A stretch of DNA of 64,000 bases from Lobosporangium transversale (taxonomy: Eukaryota). The first letter of the stretch is position 1, and each line of letters opens with the position of its first letter. Of the stretch, positions 13,717 through 25,804 are shown one piece after another. The notes under the pieces are model-generated. The model was given only the letters and a program-made list of their open reading frames with translations, was not told where the DNA came from and searched no databases. Both the position numbers and the translations under genes were made by a program. The stretch is from assembly GCF_002105155.1 (NCBI RefSeq), contig NW_019028979.1:1550001-1614000 (forward strand). The letters run 5' to 3'.

Positions 13717-15303
13717 ATGTCTATCTACAATATCAACACAAAGTTTGACAGTTATGAACTCAATGAGCGTCGTCGTGAGGCTTTGGCTAAGATTGACAAT
13801 GCAGAGTTTGGTTGGTTCCACATTCGTGCATGCCTTGTTGCTGGTGTCGGTTTCTTCACTGATGCATACGATCTTTTCGCCATCAACCTGGTCACACCCA
13901 TGATTGGTATGATCTATTTCAATGGTGCGCTCCCCTCTGATTTGGACTTGGGTATTAAGATCGCTGCTTCCATTGGAACATTCATTGGCCAAATTGGCTT
14001 CGGTTACCTTGCCGATCGTCTTGGGCGCAAAAAAATGTATGGTGTTGAGTTGATGATTATCATTGTCGCTACCCTTGGTCAGTCTCTCTCTGGGAATGGA
14101 TATGTTCTTTCATTACCTGCTGCATTGATCATCTGGCGTCTCATTGTCGGTGTCGGTATTGGAGGTGATTACCCCTTGTCTGCTGTCATCACTTCTGAGT
14201 TTGCTACCACCAATCGCCGTGGAGCCATGATGGCTGCTGTCTTTGCCATGCAAGGTTTTGGTTACTTGACCACGGGTATTGTTACCCTAATCCTCCTTGC
14301 TGCCTTTAAAGACAGCATTATTGCTAACACACAGAACTTGGATTATGTCTGGCGCCTTCTCATTGGTTTCGGATGCATTCCAGCTCTTGTTGCTGTTTAC
14401 TTCCGTCTTACTATCCCTGAGACCCCACGTTATGTCTTGGATATTGAGAACAATTTGAACAAAGCTGAACGTGATGTTGCTAATGTCTTGAAAGAGAGCC
14501 GCAACCACCTCCAGTCCGAGGACGATGCCAATGAGGGTATTATCTCCAATCCTGCTGTCGTTAAGGGCTCTTTCTCAGATTTTTGCTCGTACTTCTCCAA
14601 GTGGGAGAACTTCAAGATTCTCTTTGGTACCTCGATGGCCTGGTTCGCTTTAGACGTTGCCTTCTACGGCATTGGTCTGAATAACTCCTTCATTCTCTCT
14701 TCAATCAAATTCTCGGATGTCGAGGGCGATAACTTCAGTACCTGCTGGAATGCAGCTGTCGGTCAGATCATCATTGTCCTCCTCGGCGCCATCCCTGGCT
14801 ATTGGGTCACTGTCTTCACGATTGAGCGCCTAGGTCGTATCAAGATTCAGATTATTGGTTTTGTCATGTCATGCATCCTCTTCTGTATTCTCGGTTTTGC
14901 TTACAACCCAATCAAGGATCATTCGGTCCCTCTTTTCATTTTTCTTTTTGCTGCCACCCAATTCTTCCAAAACTTTGGCCCTAACGCAACCACATTCATT
15001 ATTCCTGGTGAGGTCTTCCCCACCCGATATCGTTCGACTGGCCATGGTATCGCTGCTGGTTCCGGCAAGTTGGGGGCTATCATTGCCCAAGTTGGTTTCT
15101 CTCATCTTAAAGACCGTGGTGGCCTTAACAACAACATCCCCCAGCTTCTCCAGATTTTTGCCATTTTCATGTTTATTGGCTTGGTTGTCACCTTCCTTAT
15201 CCCTGAGACTAAGGGTAAAACCTTGGAAGAGCTTGCTAATGAACACGAGCTTTCTAGCAACTTTCGACAAGTCAACAACGCCTTAAATGACGACGATGAT
15301 TAA
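13717..15303 (+). CDS. PHO84: High-affinity phosphate:H+ symporter (PHS family, MFS), intronless
   Basis: GFFTDAYDLF, GIGGDYPLSA, RRGAMMAAVFAMQG, NFGPNATTFIIPGEVFPTRYRSTGHG and PETKGKTLE. First ATG at 13717. Confidence 0.93.
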   Translation: MSIYNINTKFDSYELNERRREALAKIDNAEFGWFHIRACLVAGVGFFTDAYDLFAINLVTPMIGMIYFNGALPSDLDLGIKIAASIGTFIGQIGFGYLADRLGRKKMYGVELMIIIVATLGQSLSGNGYVLSLPAALIIWRLIVGVGIGGDYPLSAVITSEFATTNRRGAMMAAVFAMQGFGYLTTGIVTLILLAAFKDSIIANTQNLDYVWRLLIGFGCIPALVAVYFRLTIPETPRYVLDIENNLNKAERDVANVLKESRNHLQSEDDANEGIISNPAVVKGSFSDFCSYFSKWENFKILFGTSMAWFALDVAFYGIGLNNSFILSSIKFSDVEGDNFSTCWNAAVGQIIIVLLGAIPGYWVTVFTIERLGRIKIQIIGFVMSCILFCILGFAYNPIKDHSVPLFIFLFAATQFFQNFGPNATTFIIPGEVFPTRYRSTGHGIAAGSGKLGAIIAQVGFSHLKDRGGLNNNIPQLLQIFAIFMFIGLVVTFLIPETKGKTLEELANEHELSSNFRQVNNALNDDDD

Positions 15304-16639
15304 AAACAGTATAAACATATACTTTTCGTGTTCCCTTTCTTCTCTCCCCTAACGCAATGTACTTGTAAACATAAAACAACCAAAAAAAACGTTTAAACAA
15401 ATATACCACATTTCGCCTATGCCATAATAAATATATAACTTGTAATATAGATCAACCATAATTATATTCATCTATATCTTGTCTGCTACCACTTATTGTG
15501 TTTCATGCTTCTGCGACCCACATGGATGCTGATGCTGGATAGTTTAAAAATTAGGTTGCATTATGCAATCTTCAATCTATTCATCTCACAGGAGTCTAAT
15601 TTCTCTACCGTTCAAGTGGAGCCAAGATGCATTTTTTTCACAAGTCTTAAAGCGATGGATCTTTTAAACAGTAACGCTAATTTTTTTTTTTTTTTTTTGA
15701 GAGCATTGGATTCGTTAGACATATTTATTATTGAGATAAGGGTGTGGTTGTGGTTTCCAGGAGGAATGTTTAGCTGAGTGTTGACAATATGTGATTTGAA
15801 CCACGTGATTTTAGAGTCTGTTCGTTGTGCCTCTAATATGGGATCAAAGTGGGTCACAACAGATCTTCCTTTTTTCCAATCTCTTCTGACTGGTACATTG
15901 TGTGAAAATTTATTTGAGAGAGGGAGGCATAGCATCCATTGTCAATAGAGAGGATTGGATCCATTCATCCTATCGATCCATCATCTTATCAACGTGTTTC
16001 AGAAAAAAACTGTGTTCGCAACCATTGCCTTCATCTGCTATGATTGTTGTTACAGAGATCAAGGAGCAGGAAGCCTTAGTTTATCAAGGAAAAAGATGTT
16101 GCACTATGGCGCTATGATGACCTTGCATCATGAATACAACAAGCAGGAAAATAATGGAGATAAGATTGAAGCACATATACAGGATCCATTTGCGCTCGAG
16201 AAAACAATGACGGTTCGCCTGTAAAAAAACGATCTATTTAGACATCGTATACATCAATCTTTGCAACATGTTCTAATGGCATCAATCCGTTAAAAAACAT
16301 TGAAACCGACTAAATTGTCAGAATCTAACCTCAGTAACTACCATGCCATCATAAGATGAATTTAACATCAGCTTCAACGACCAACAACCGACTAAAGGAA
16401 GCATCGATGGCCTGAGTTGCAAAATGTCCAACAGAATCTATTACTGACAGTGCACTTTCTGCTTATTATTATTTATTTATTTTTTTTGCTTCCATTCCTT
16501 CGACTCTTAAAAAAAAAAAAACGAACACCATTTAACGGGAACTTGAATTGTATGACAAATGGAAAACTTTTAAAATCGACTTGGAAACCGTCACCCCTGG
16601 ATCCGTTTGATTCTGGATTATTTTTCTGTCTTGCAGACC

Positions 16640-17934
16640 ATGAAGCACAACAACCAATTGCCCGGAAACGTATGTATCTTTTATTTTATGGGAATGATTG
16701 GAGAGAGTGGGGGATCTTTGGCTGTGCGAACCCACTGAAGCTGGATCTTTCTTTGTACAATGACCCTTGTTGCGGAAATTTTTTCCACTTTTCTTGCAGC
16801 TTCGGCATCATTGTATTTGAAGATGATAGACTGTGGCAAATTGTTTCTTCTGAAATAAGCTAATTGAGAGGATATATTGGGTGCAAGGATCAGATCGTCA
16901 TTGAAGAATAGTTTCAGAGGATACTCACTATCTGTCCATTGCGAATTTTTATTATTTATTTGATAAATAGCACTTCCGCAAGGACTGGCAGAGCCGCGTC
17001 AAGGTCTGGTTGGACCAAGCTGGCCGCAAGAAGACCAGACGCATTGCACGCATCCAAAAGGCTGCTCGCATTGCTCCTCGTCCCGTTGATGGCTTGATCC
17101 GCCCTGCTGTCCGCTGCCCCACTGTCAAGTACAACACCAAGCTCCGTGCTGGTCGTGGCTTCACCCTTGAGGAGCTCAAGGTAATTTTTTCTTTTTTTTT
17201 TTTATCATATTGATTATATACGGAGGCAGCTGGATTATTACCAATACAAGATCTGGAATTGAATTCTCAGCATATTGTCAAACACTAAAAGGACACAGTC
17301 GAATGATGAGCGTGTCAACACTGGATTTACCACATGACGAATACACTTTGCAAATTCCTCAACTCTTGGAAATCTGTATTGGATCAGCAAATTCTTGGAT
17401 AACAACGAGTCATGATTTTATTACAGCATGTCGACGGAAAACCGTCAATAAAGTACCTTATTCTCCTCAAACTTACTTTCGACTTGAAAGCTAACTCTTC
17501 TTACACTATTTTGTATTGGTTATTGATGTTTTCCTCCTGATTAGGCTGCTGGTATCCGTCGCAAGGAGGCTCTCTCCATCGGCATCTCGGTTGACCACCG
17601 CCGTCGTAACAAGTCTGAGGAGTCTCTCCAGCTCAATGCTCAGCGTCTCAAGGCATACAGGGCCAAGTTGATCGTCTTCCCCCGTAAGGCTGGCAAGGCC
17701 AAGGCTGGTGACGCTCAGGCTGCTGACCTCTCCAATGCAACCCAGTTGTCTGGTCCTCTCTTCCCTGTCAACCAGATCTGGCCCAAGGAGAAGGCTCGCA
17801 AGATCACTGAGGAGCAGAAGAGCCATTCTGCTTACGAGCAACACCGCAAGGCTCGCTCCGTTGCCCGCCTTCACGGTATTCGTGAGGCCCGTCGCAAGGC
17901 CAAGGAGGAGGAGGAGGCCAACAAGAAGAAGTAA
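16640..17934 (+). CDS. RPL13: 60S ribosomal protein eL13. Exons 16640-16669, 16971-17180, 17545-17934
   Basis: Spliced translation [30 protein letters not shown]...[36 protein letters not shown]; strongly biased codon usage. Confidence 0.96.
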
Positions 17935-18556
17935 ATTTAAATGCAGGATATCTGTAGTTCACTTTACTTTTTTCTTATTAAAGCAAAAATCCTTCCGCAG
18001 TTTATATTTTTATTTAATGCTTGATTGTAAATTTAAACCATTTTATTATTTTTATGTCGTATAATTAGTTGTAAATGTGAGTTTTTATTGTGTACATGAC
18101 TCGGTGATAGCTTTTAGACTATAGATTACGTGAAGTACTCCATGTGGTCCATTGGGCGAAGTCCGACATTTAAATGCGGTTTAGAATGTGTTAAGAAAGT
18201 GAGCCAGCCCTGGGTTCAAATCGAAACACCCAGATGACTGAAGTAGTTGGAGCTACCAAACAAAGAACCTTAGTTTCTAAAAGTGGATTAATATACTCCT
18301 CGTGGACTGATTCTTGTTTCAATTCTCTTAAAAGGAAGGATGTCCAGGCACACTGTCTTTCCATTTCTTTTTTATTAACAACATTCCTTTCAATTTAGAA
18401 TCCACTTTGTTATCTTGATCAAGATGTTCCTTGTCCTGGGTTGAGACTCGCTCACATTCTTCCACAGTTCGCGTCATTATTACAGTACATAATTACAGTT
18501 CTTACACACACAGATACACATCCATATATCCAAAGCAAAGACAAGGGGCATCCAAC

Positions 18557-20536
18557 ATGCCTAACAACAACAACGATCCAATTGAAGTCGCAAGCGTAGT
18601 GAACAAGCAGGCTTTTGGAGAAAAATATGAAGTTGTCTATTTTGACAGCTTAAACTCCATGCCCCCTGACCATGATGATCCACAACAGATAAAGAAACAA
18701 CAGAGTTTTCAGGGCTCTAGCAACAAGGACCTTGAAGTTGCCAATGATCATCCCTGCCAAACCAAAATATCAGCGATCCGGAGGAGGACGGCACCTTTAA
18801 TGCTTTATATCGTGTCTATAGCACAGTTCATTGATATCAGTAAGAAGACACTCCACTAGTACCACGACTTTGGTTCATGTATCACAACATTGTTACTCAT
18901 GTTTCTTTTTCTTTTTCTTTTCTTTTTTTATTGTTTTATAGTGAATGGATCTGCTATGGCAGTAGCTTTAGTAGACATATCCAAAAGCCTTGGCTTTGAC
19001 AACTTCTCCACCCAGTGGATCATCAGCTCTTATATCGTCACCTTCGGAGGGTAAGCATACTGACAATTTGTGTTATTTTCCATAGATAATTTTACAAAGA
19101 ATTTACTGGTATTGATTCCTATCCTTACTCCCTACCTTTTAGATTCTTGTTGCTCGCTGGGCGTACTGGAGACATATACGGCCATCGTACTGTCTTCTTG
19201 ATCGGCCAAATTTGGTTCGGTCTTTGGTCCCTCGTTGTCTCCTTCTCCACCACTCCTGCTATGTTCTGTATCACGCGAGCCTTACAAGGGATTGGCGCCA
19301 GTATGAGTGTTCCAACAGCATTGGGTATCATCACTACCACATTTCCTGAAGGACCGAAGCGTACACGGGCTCTTTCAATCTTTGGTGGATTCGGTGCGGC
19401 CGGAGCTGTGATCGGTCTCCTACTCGCTGGTGCTTTGATTGCGTCCATGACCTGGAACTGGATTTTTCGATTCTCTGCAATATTCTCCTTTATCCTCTTT
19501 GGACTTGGCCTCCTGGCTATCCCATTACCAACCTCAGTGGAGAAGAAAGACGATCATAAGCCCAATATAGATGTCGCAGGAGCCTTAACTGTGACTTCCA
19601 GTCTAATCTGCATCATTTATTACATTTCCACAGGTCCTGCGATCGGTTGGGGCTCTGCCCAAACCTTACCCGTACTGGCGGCAGGCTTAGTTCTGATGGG
19701 TGTGTTTCTGTGGCTGGAAATACGCTCGGTGAGCAACCCAATTATGCCTCTCCGAATATGGCATCTCAAGAGCTTTCCATCTGCGTTTCTGGCTGTTCTA
19801 TTTTTGCAGGGTCAATTTCAAGGATTTGTTTATTATTCGACTCTGATTTTCCAAAACGTACTGAGTTACGATTCGATGAAGACCGCACTAGTATTTCTAC
19901 CACACAGTATTGGTGCAATCATTGCATTCGCAATCCTAGGCAAGATCTTGCCCAGGTGTCGCCTCAAGCCTTTCATATTGACAGGGTTTATGCTTCGGTG
20001 TGGGGCAGCTCTGATGTTTGCTTTTGTGAACACAAATACTTCATATTGGACGTTGCCGTTCCTTGGGTTGTTGATCCATGTTGCCGGATTGGGGACTTCA
20101 GTTCTGCCGGTGCAGATCACAGCACTAAAAGATGCTCAAAAGGAGGATCAAGGGGTCGTTGGGGGCGCTGTACTCAACAGGTATGCAGTTAGGTGCACCT
20201 TTGGGCTTGGCGATTGTCACAGTTATCTCAGAAAACACTGTGAAAAGTGCCGATAATCATCAAACAGGGATAGCGACCAACGCTTTGATGGAGAGTTATC
20301 GGAACGGCCTATTTGGCGTTGTAGGATTAGGTGTATTAGGCATGCTTATCTCTGCTTATCTGATCCCTAACAGCCAGGTAATGCCTCCTACAGTTACATC
20401 TGTGAGTACTCCAGCAGAACTCGATACAGCAATAGTAGCAACAGCACCGCCCGTATCAACCATGCCAACAACATCAGGCACATTAACAGCAGTGCCAACA
20501 GCAGTAGCTAAAGAGTCCACGGTCGAACCAACTTAA
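18557..20536 (+). CDS. MFS drug:H+ antiporter (DHA2-like). Exons 18557-18839, 18942-19050, 19143-20536, with an apparent +1 frameshift in the G5 run at 20161-20165 (pseudogene or assembly error)
   Basis: WIISSYIVTFGG|FLLLAGRTGDIYGHR, RALQGIGA and NPIMPLRIW. Removing one G gives DQGVVGALYSTGMQLGAPLGLAI, continuing into ORF 20132-20536. Confidence 0.85.
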
Positions 20537-20674
20537 CAAGAATAAGATGCCCATATTGAATGATAGAGTTAAAATAGAATGTATATAATGAAAAAAGATA
20601 TTTTTTCTATTCTTTCTTTGTTTTTTTGTGTCTTTCCCTGGCATTATTTAATCGCTTCGTCAACGTCCACTACA

Positions 20675-21393
20675 CTACTGTTCCATCTCGCGTTGAGCAT
20701 GCTCCTCATCCTCAATATCTTCCCTCTTGCGACGCTCAATAAAGTCCTGTTCCAGCAGGTAATCGATATCTGAGACGCGCCAATTCCAATCAATAGGTGC
20801 TTCATCTGGTCGGGACATCTTCCTAGAGGCGACCATCTTCTCTGCTGGCTCAAAGAAAGGTGTTTCAAAGCGCACTAGCAAAGGTCTCCGGCTAAAGTCA
20901 GAAATCACATCTGTTCCTAAAGCCTTTGATCGGACAGTGTAATCGATCGAAGCATCGACTGTATATAGAGGTCTTAGTATCAATAGGCCAATAGTGATTT
21001 TAATGGTCCATACTGCATCATCCTGTAGTTATCACTTACACTCAACGTCCACTTTGATCTGTACACCTTCCATCATCATCCGTGCAACTTGATCTCTGGA
21101 TGACATCTGATCGGTGGCTGCTCGGAGAGCAATGGTCAAGGTTTGCCATCTCCAACGGATGAACCCTCGAGTCGACCCGCTCTTCAACTTGGGACCCAAG
21201 TGGACCCATACATCCTTGACTACACCGTCATGGATAGCTGCTAATTTAATTGACAATTCAGAGTGGATTTCTTCTTGTCGCCTTAATTCAGTTTCGTAGC
21301 AGTCGTACAGCTCCTGCGACATCATATTGGTGAGAGCGTCACGGTTAACATTTGTTGAGAGTAATGGTATCAATTGATGAATAGCGAGTCCAG

Positions 21394-21428
<35 letters not shown>

Positions 21429-22084
21429 AGAGAGAGAGAAATAGGTAAGGATTGCGTCAGCTTAAAATGATCGTTCTTATACAAATGACAGCGTAGTCAT
21501 CATGATCACAACCCACCTCCTTGAAGGAATTGATCCGGATAGTATTCAGGCGAGGTGTTATTACGGAGCATCCTTTCACAAGCTGATTTACAGATCATGT
21601 ATTGGATAGATTGAGGGACCAGGCCAAGGATAGACCAGATCTTTGGCGCTTTTGGGTAAGGGTAATGTGGTATTCTGGCCGAATAATTTGCCCCATCATA
21701 GAGCCAAGCTAAGATCAAACAATATAACCAGCGTGATTTGCTCAAGGTTAAAAGAACGGCTTGGACTTTCTTAAAAAGAGATCGCTTTTAACCACTATAT
21801 ATTTTATGTTTAGACATACGGAAATCATAAGCACAAGCTTGGATTTCTGCTTCTGTTGGTGGTTTATTATCTTCATCAATTATGGAGCCTGAAGCCTGCT
21901 CAGTCTTGATATGGTTAGACGATTCTGGTGGTGTTGGTTGTGAAGTACTGCTATCATTGAGATTTAGTGGACGAAAGCGGATAGGTGACATATGTATATG
22001 ATGCGCCCAGACTGCTGGAAGCGCAATGGTTTTGCTAGGTGTTGTTTGGGCCAATGGCCATACTCTTCTGGCGATGAATGACAT
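20675..22084 (-). CDS. Mitochondrially targeted protein, possibly MAIP1/Tim44-like. Exons 22084-21820, 21708-21517, 21393-21040, 20958-20675
   Basis: Arg/Ser-rich, acid-free N-terminus MSFIARRVWPLAQ. Four minus-strand ORF pieces join in frame across GT-AG introns (AYDF|PWLYDG, FLQG|AGLAI, VDVE|FDAS). The family assignment is by recalled motif resemblance only. Confidence 0.65.
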
Positions 22085-22442
22085 GGTCGTTAACAAAGGT
22101 GTGTCGTGCACAACAATGACATGCAAGACACGCAAAAAGAAAGACCCGACAAAGGGAAGTGAAAGTGTATGAGGGATTTTCCCAAGCCACTCTAGAAGAA
22201 TGATTTATGTGTCCAGTGACATTAATTTGGATTCCCTCTTTCAATTCCACTTGGTAATAATTGGCGTAAATGCACAATGAGGGGGAAGACTGCTAAATAT
22301 GATTATTCATAAACGCATCCATGGACATGATGTATGCATCCAACAGCCTATATCCATATGTCATCAACAATCGATCATCACCATAATCCTACCAGATATT
22401 TAATTCAGTTTACTCATGGAGAAGTCCACTTCAAGAATTCTC

Positions 22443-22474
<32 letters not shown>

Positions 22475-22671
22475 AAAGACCAGGAAATATATCTTGAAAA
22501 CTATGAGTCAGTGTGGACCTGATGGATAGATTGCGCAGGATGACAATATCGCTTAAATTCAAATAATCAGGACCTCAAGTTTTAGTGATCAACATCAACA
22601 TCCATATATGAGCCTTTTTTTTTTTTTTTTCTGATCGTTTTTTTTTTGGTCTTCGTTCAATCTAGTTCATT

Positions 22672-23863
22672 ATGTCCGACTCGAAGAGTGTTCAGTGCTA
22701 CGGCCGCAAGGCAAGTCTTTCTCATAATATTTAAACAGGAGGGGCAATAAAAAATATATCGACGTGTGATAAGAGGAGCAGGATTAACGAAGGAGTAGGA
22801 GAAGCAATATCATGGACACCATTTTACATGGAGAGACTATGATCACTTAGGATATTCATCTAATCTTGAGCAGAATCAATACGCAATCAACTTTTCGATG
22901 AATGCTTCTTGTGCTACCAACCTTGCTACTTAAGAAGGCCATGATTAGTGCAACTTGAAGATGACAAGATGTTTTGAGAATTTGCAATAGAGAACCATAT
23001 GATCAATGATTCAGCATTAACCCGACACATGACAGTCAAAACACAAAGGCGATGATAATTATATTCTAAAGGCTTTATACATATAACACAGGACTTGACA
23101 GCAGAGACTATAAAGTGCAGAACAAGGTGTCGCCTGTGTATAATATGATATGTCTGCTTCACACAATGAGATTGACAGCAACTAAGGGCTATATCAGCAA
23201 GCATTCCCCGAAGCTTACTAATCAAAAGATGGAACAGGCAGAAGTCTGCTGGGGGAGGAGGAGGTCATCGCATCATAAACAGGAGCTGCTCAGCGAATAA
23301 TCTTAAAATCAAACAGGCAGCCTAACCATAGCATTGTTTTGTTATTGTCTTGTGCTTGACGGGATTATAGAAAACCGCCACTGCCGTTGCTCACTGCAAG
23401 GCCGGCAAGGGTCTCATCCGCCTCAATGGTTCCCCTCTTGAGCTTGTTGAACCCGATATCTTGAAGTTCAAGGTCTACGAGCCCATCCTCCGCGTCGGCT
23501 CTGACAAGTTCGCTAACGTTGACATTCGCATTCGCGTCAAGGGAGGTGGACACACTTCTCAGATCTATGCTATTCGTCAGGCCCTTGCCAAGTCCATTGT
23601 CGCCTACTATCAAAAGTACGTCGATGAGGCCTCCAAGAACGAGCTTAAGCAGATCTTCCTCCAGTATGATCGTACTCTTCTCGTTGCTGACCCCCGTCGC
23701 TGCGAACCCAAGAAGTTCGGTGGTGCTGGTGCCCGTGCCAGGTAAATTCCATGGGTTGTTATATTTTTTTGCATCAAATGGTCTGAAAATTTTAATCAGG
23801 CGTTCTAACATTTACATCTTCATTTCTTATTTGAACAACAGATACCAGAAGTCTTACCGTTAA
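22672..23863 (+). CDS. RPS16: 40S ribosomal protein uS9. Exons 22672-22710, 23371-23741, 23842-23863; intron 1 is GC-AG
   Basis: [23 protein letters not shown]...[14 protein letters not shown]...[31 protein letters not shown]. Confidence 0.96.
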
Positions 23864-24329
23864 ATGGTATCGACTCTTGGGGTTGGCGCGCGACTCATTT
23901 TTATTTGCAACCAGTTCAGGACATATGTGGAGAAGTCTCTTTTGGAGTATTTTTTCCTCTTTTCTTTTTGATCGTTCAGTTGTGAGTAAGAAGGATCGCT
24001 CTCCTACCAAAATAAAGCATCTTATCCATAACAGGAATTGAACAATCTTGGCATATGAATGCATCGTCTAGAGTAGTCTTTTTTCAGTAAAGAAGGTTGT
24101 AGATTTGTATACGAAACTACGTCACACAGTGCTTGCTAATCACGTGATCTCCAAACCAGTATGCGAGATGCTTAAAGTTTCACGCGTTTTTTTTTTTTTT
24201 TTTTTTTTCTTTTAGTGGCAGCGTTGATATATGATATAAATAATTGATGGGTTTCTTCTAAAACGTTTATAATTACGAGGTAGTGGCGCAAAGGCTAAGA
24301 CCTTGATACCTCTCTGGACTTAATCAACT

Positions 24330-25606
24330 AGCCTATCCCTTGTACCGTAAAACGGGCAAATTTGTCCATTTGCCTTTCGCGGTTTATCCTATTATTTATG
24401 AGGTCCCTGATATAGGCACTTCCTCTCCCTTCGATAATAGCTTCTTCAAGGCTATCCATGAATGCATCACGATTAACAGGATTATTTTCCAGAAAAAACC
24501 TAAAAAAAAAATATGGAAATAGGTGGCAAAAAAAACACCGCAACATGTACAATATTTACGTGCTTTATTATGATTGCGGGCCAACAAAAGCTATCTGATT
24601 GCCTGGTGTACGAAATTCCAGTTGAAATAATCCCTTTGCCGATAGCCCTATTTAAGGTCCTCGTTATTATATTCAACAGGTTATGGAGGATAACAGTTTG
24701 AGAGCCTGCGTGGACTCCACACGGAGGGTCGCTATGTCCTTGAGGAATAAAAAGGGCAAGGGCAAAAGGGATAGTGACTCTTTAGCCTATCTGTTTAGGA
24801 TCTGACGAAGAGTAAATGGAATATGGGGAAAAAATCAAGGACCAATTTTATGATCCTAATAATCACGGAATCGAAGCTTTCTTTAACTATATGGAAAAGA
24901 ACTGGCTTGCGAAAGAAAAGAGATTAAGGTGGGTGGTTTTGTGAGAGAGCTAAGATAAACGGCGGTTATAAATGATTACTTCGATGAATCTAAGTTTCTG
25001 ACACTCTAATTCATTTAATAGGAATACCAGCACGTAGACACAAACAACCTTCTGGAGTCTTGGTTCAAGGCTTTGAAGGCACACGCGTTGGATTATATTT
25101 GGATGGGTTCTGATCATTCTTTCAATCCTTACAGTTCGTGGTAAAGCTGTCCGCAGATTCTGGAGTAGAATATTCCGCTGCCGCGGACGTGGAGAGGGGC
25201 CTTCTTCAGTTATGTTCATGCCCCAACTCTTTGCAAGAACATGTATTTGGTGTCAAGGACCTACGGCGGCTTCGATGTTCAATATACCGCTGTCCCTTCA
25301 CGTATTGAACATCAGGTCAAACACGTAGAGTTCGACTTTGGGTCCCCTCTTGAAAGCTTTATCTCGCTAGCTTTACTACGCAAGCTGAATGTGATGAGAG
25401 CTAAGGAGAAGAAAGAAAAGAAGAGAGAGAAGGAAGAGGCCACTGCCCAAGGGTTCGAAGAGTGTGAAGAAGAATTTATGGGCCTGTGGAAGAAGCTGGG
25501 ACATATAGCATATAATAGGCAAAAAAGAAGGTGCACATTAAAGAATATGCAAGACTCAGTAGCAGATCTGAGTAATGTAATCGATACAATGGGTGTTCAA
25601 GGCTGA
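24330..25606 (+). mobile_element. Degenerate Mutator-like (MULE) transposase relic
   Basis: Fragments FFNYMEKNWL..RW (~24878-24932), DTNNLLESWFKALKAH (~25037-25085) and a broken SWIM-like CSCP../LCKNMYLV (~25212-25252); multiple stops and frameshifts; no TIRs found. Confidence 0.7.
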
Positions 25607-25804
25607 ATAAACTGTGCGAAAAGACAGAAAGAGCAATAAATCAGCCAACCTCTTTGTTTTTTGGGCCAAGATTGTGCGACTCCTATTGTTTCCAGTGACG
25701 TAATAGAGCCAAGATTGTGCTGTACTCTCGTGATCTGATTTGTATTTATTTGTAAAGAATCATTCTCACTTTCCGACAAATCACATCACCACCCTGACAT
25801 CAAA

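Noticed and set aside
18200..18235. GGTTCAAATC B-box-like motif
   Set aside because: No cloverleaf or A-box at a suitable distance.
24275..24330. tRNA-like AGTGGCGCAAAGG segment
   Set aside because: No T-arm (GTTCRA) and no acceptor-stem pairing.
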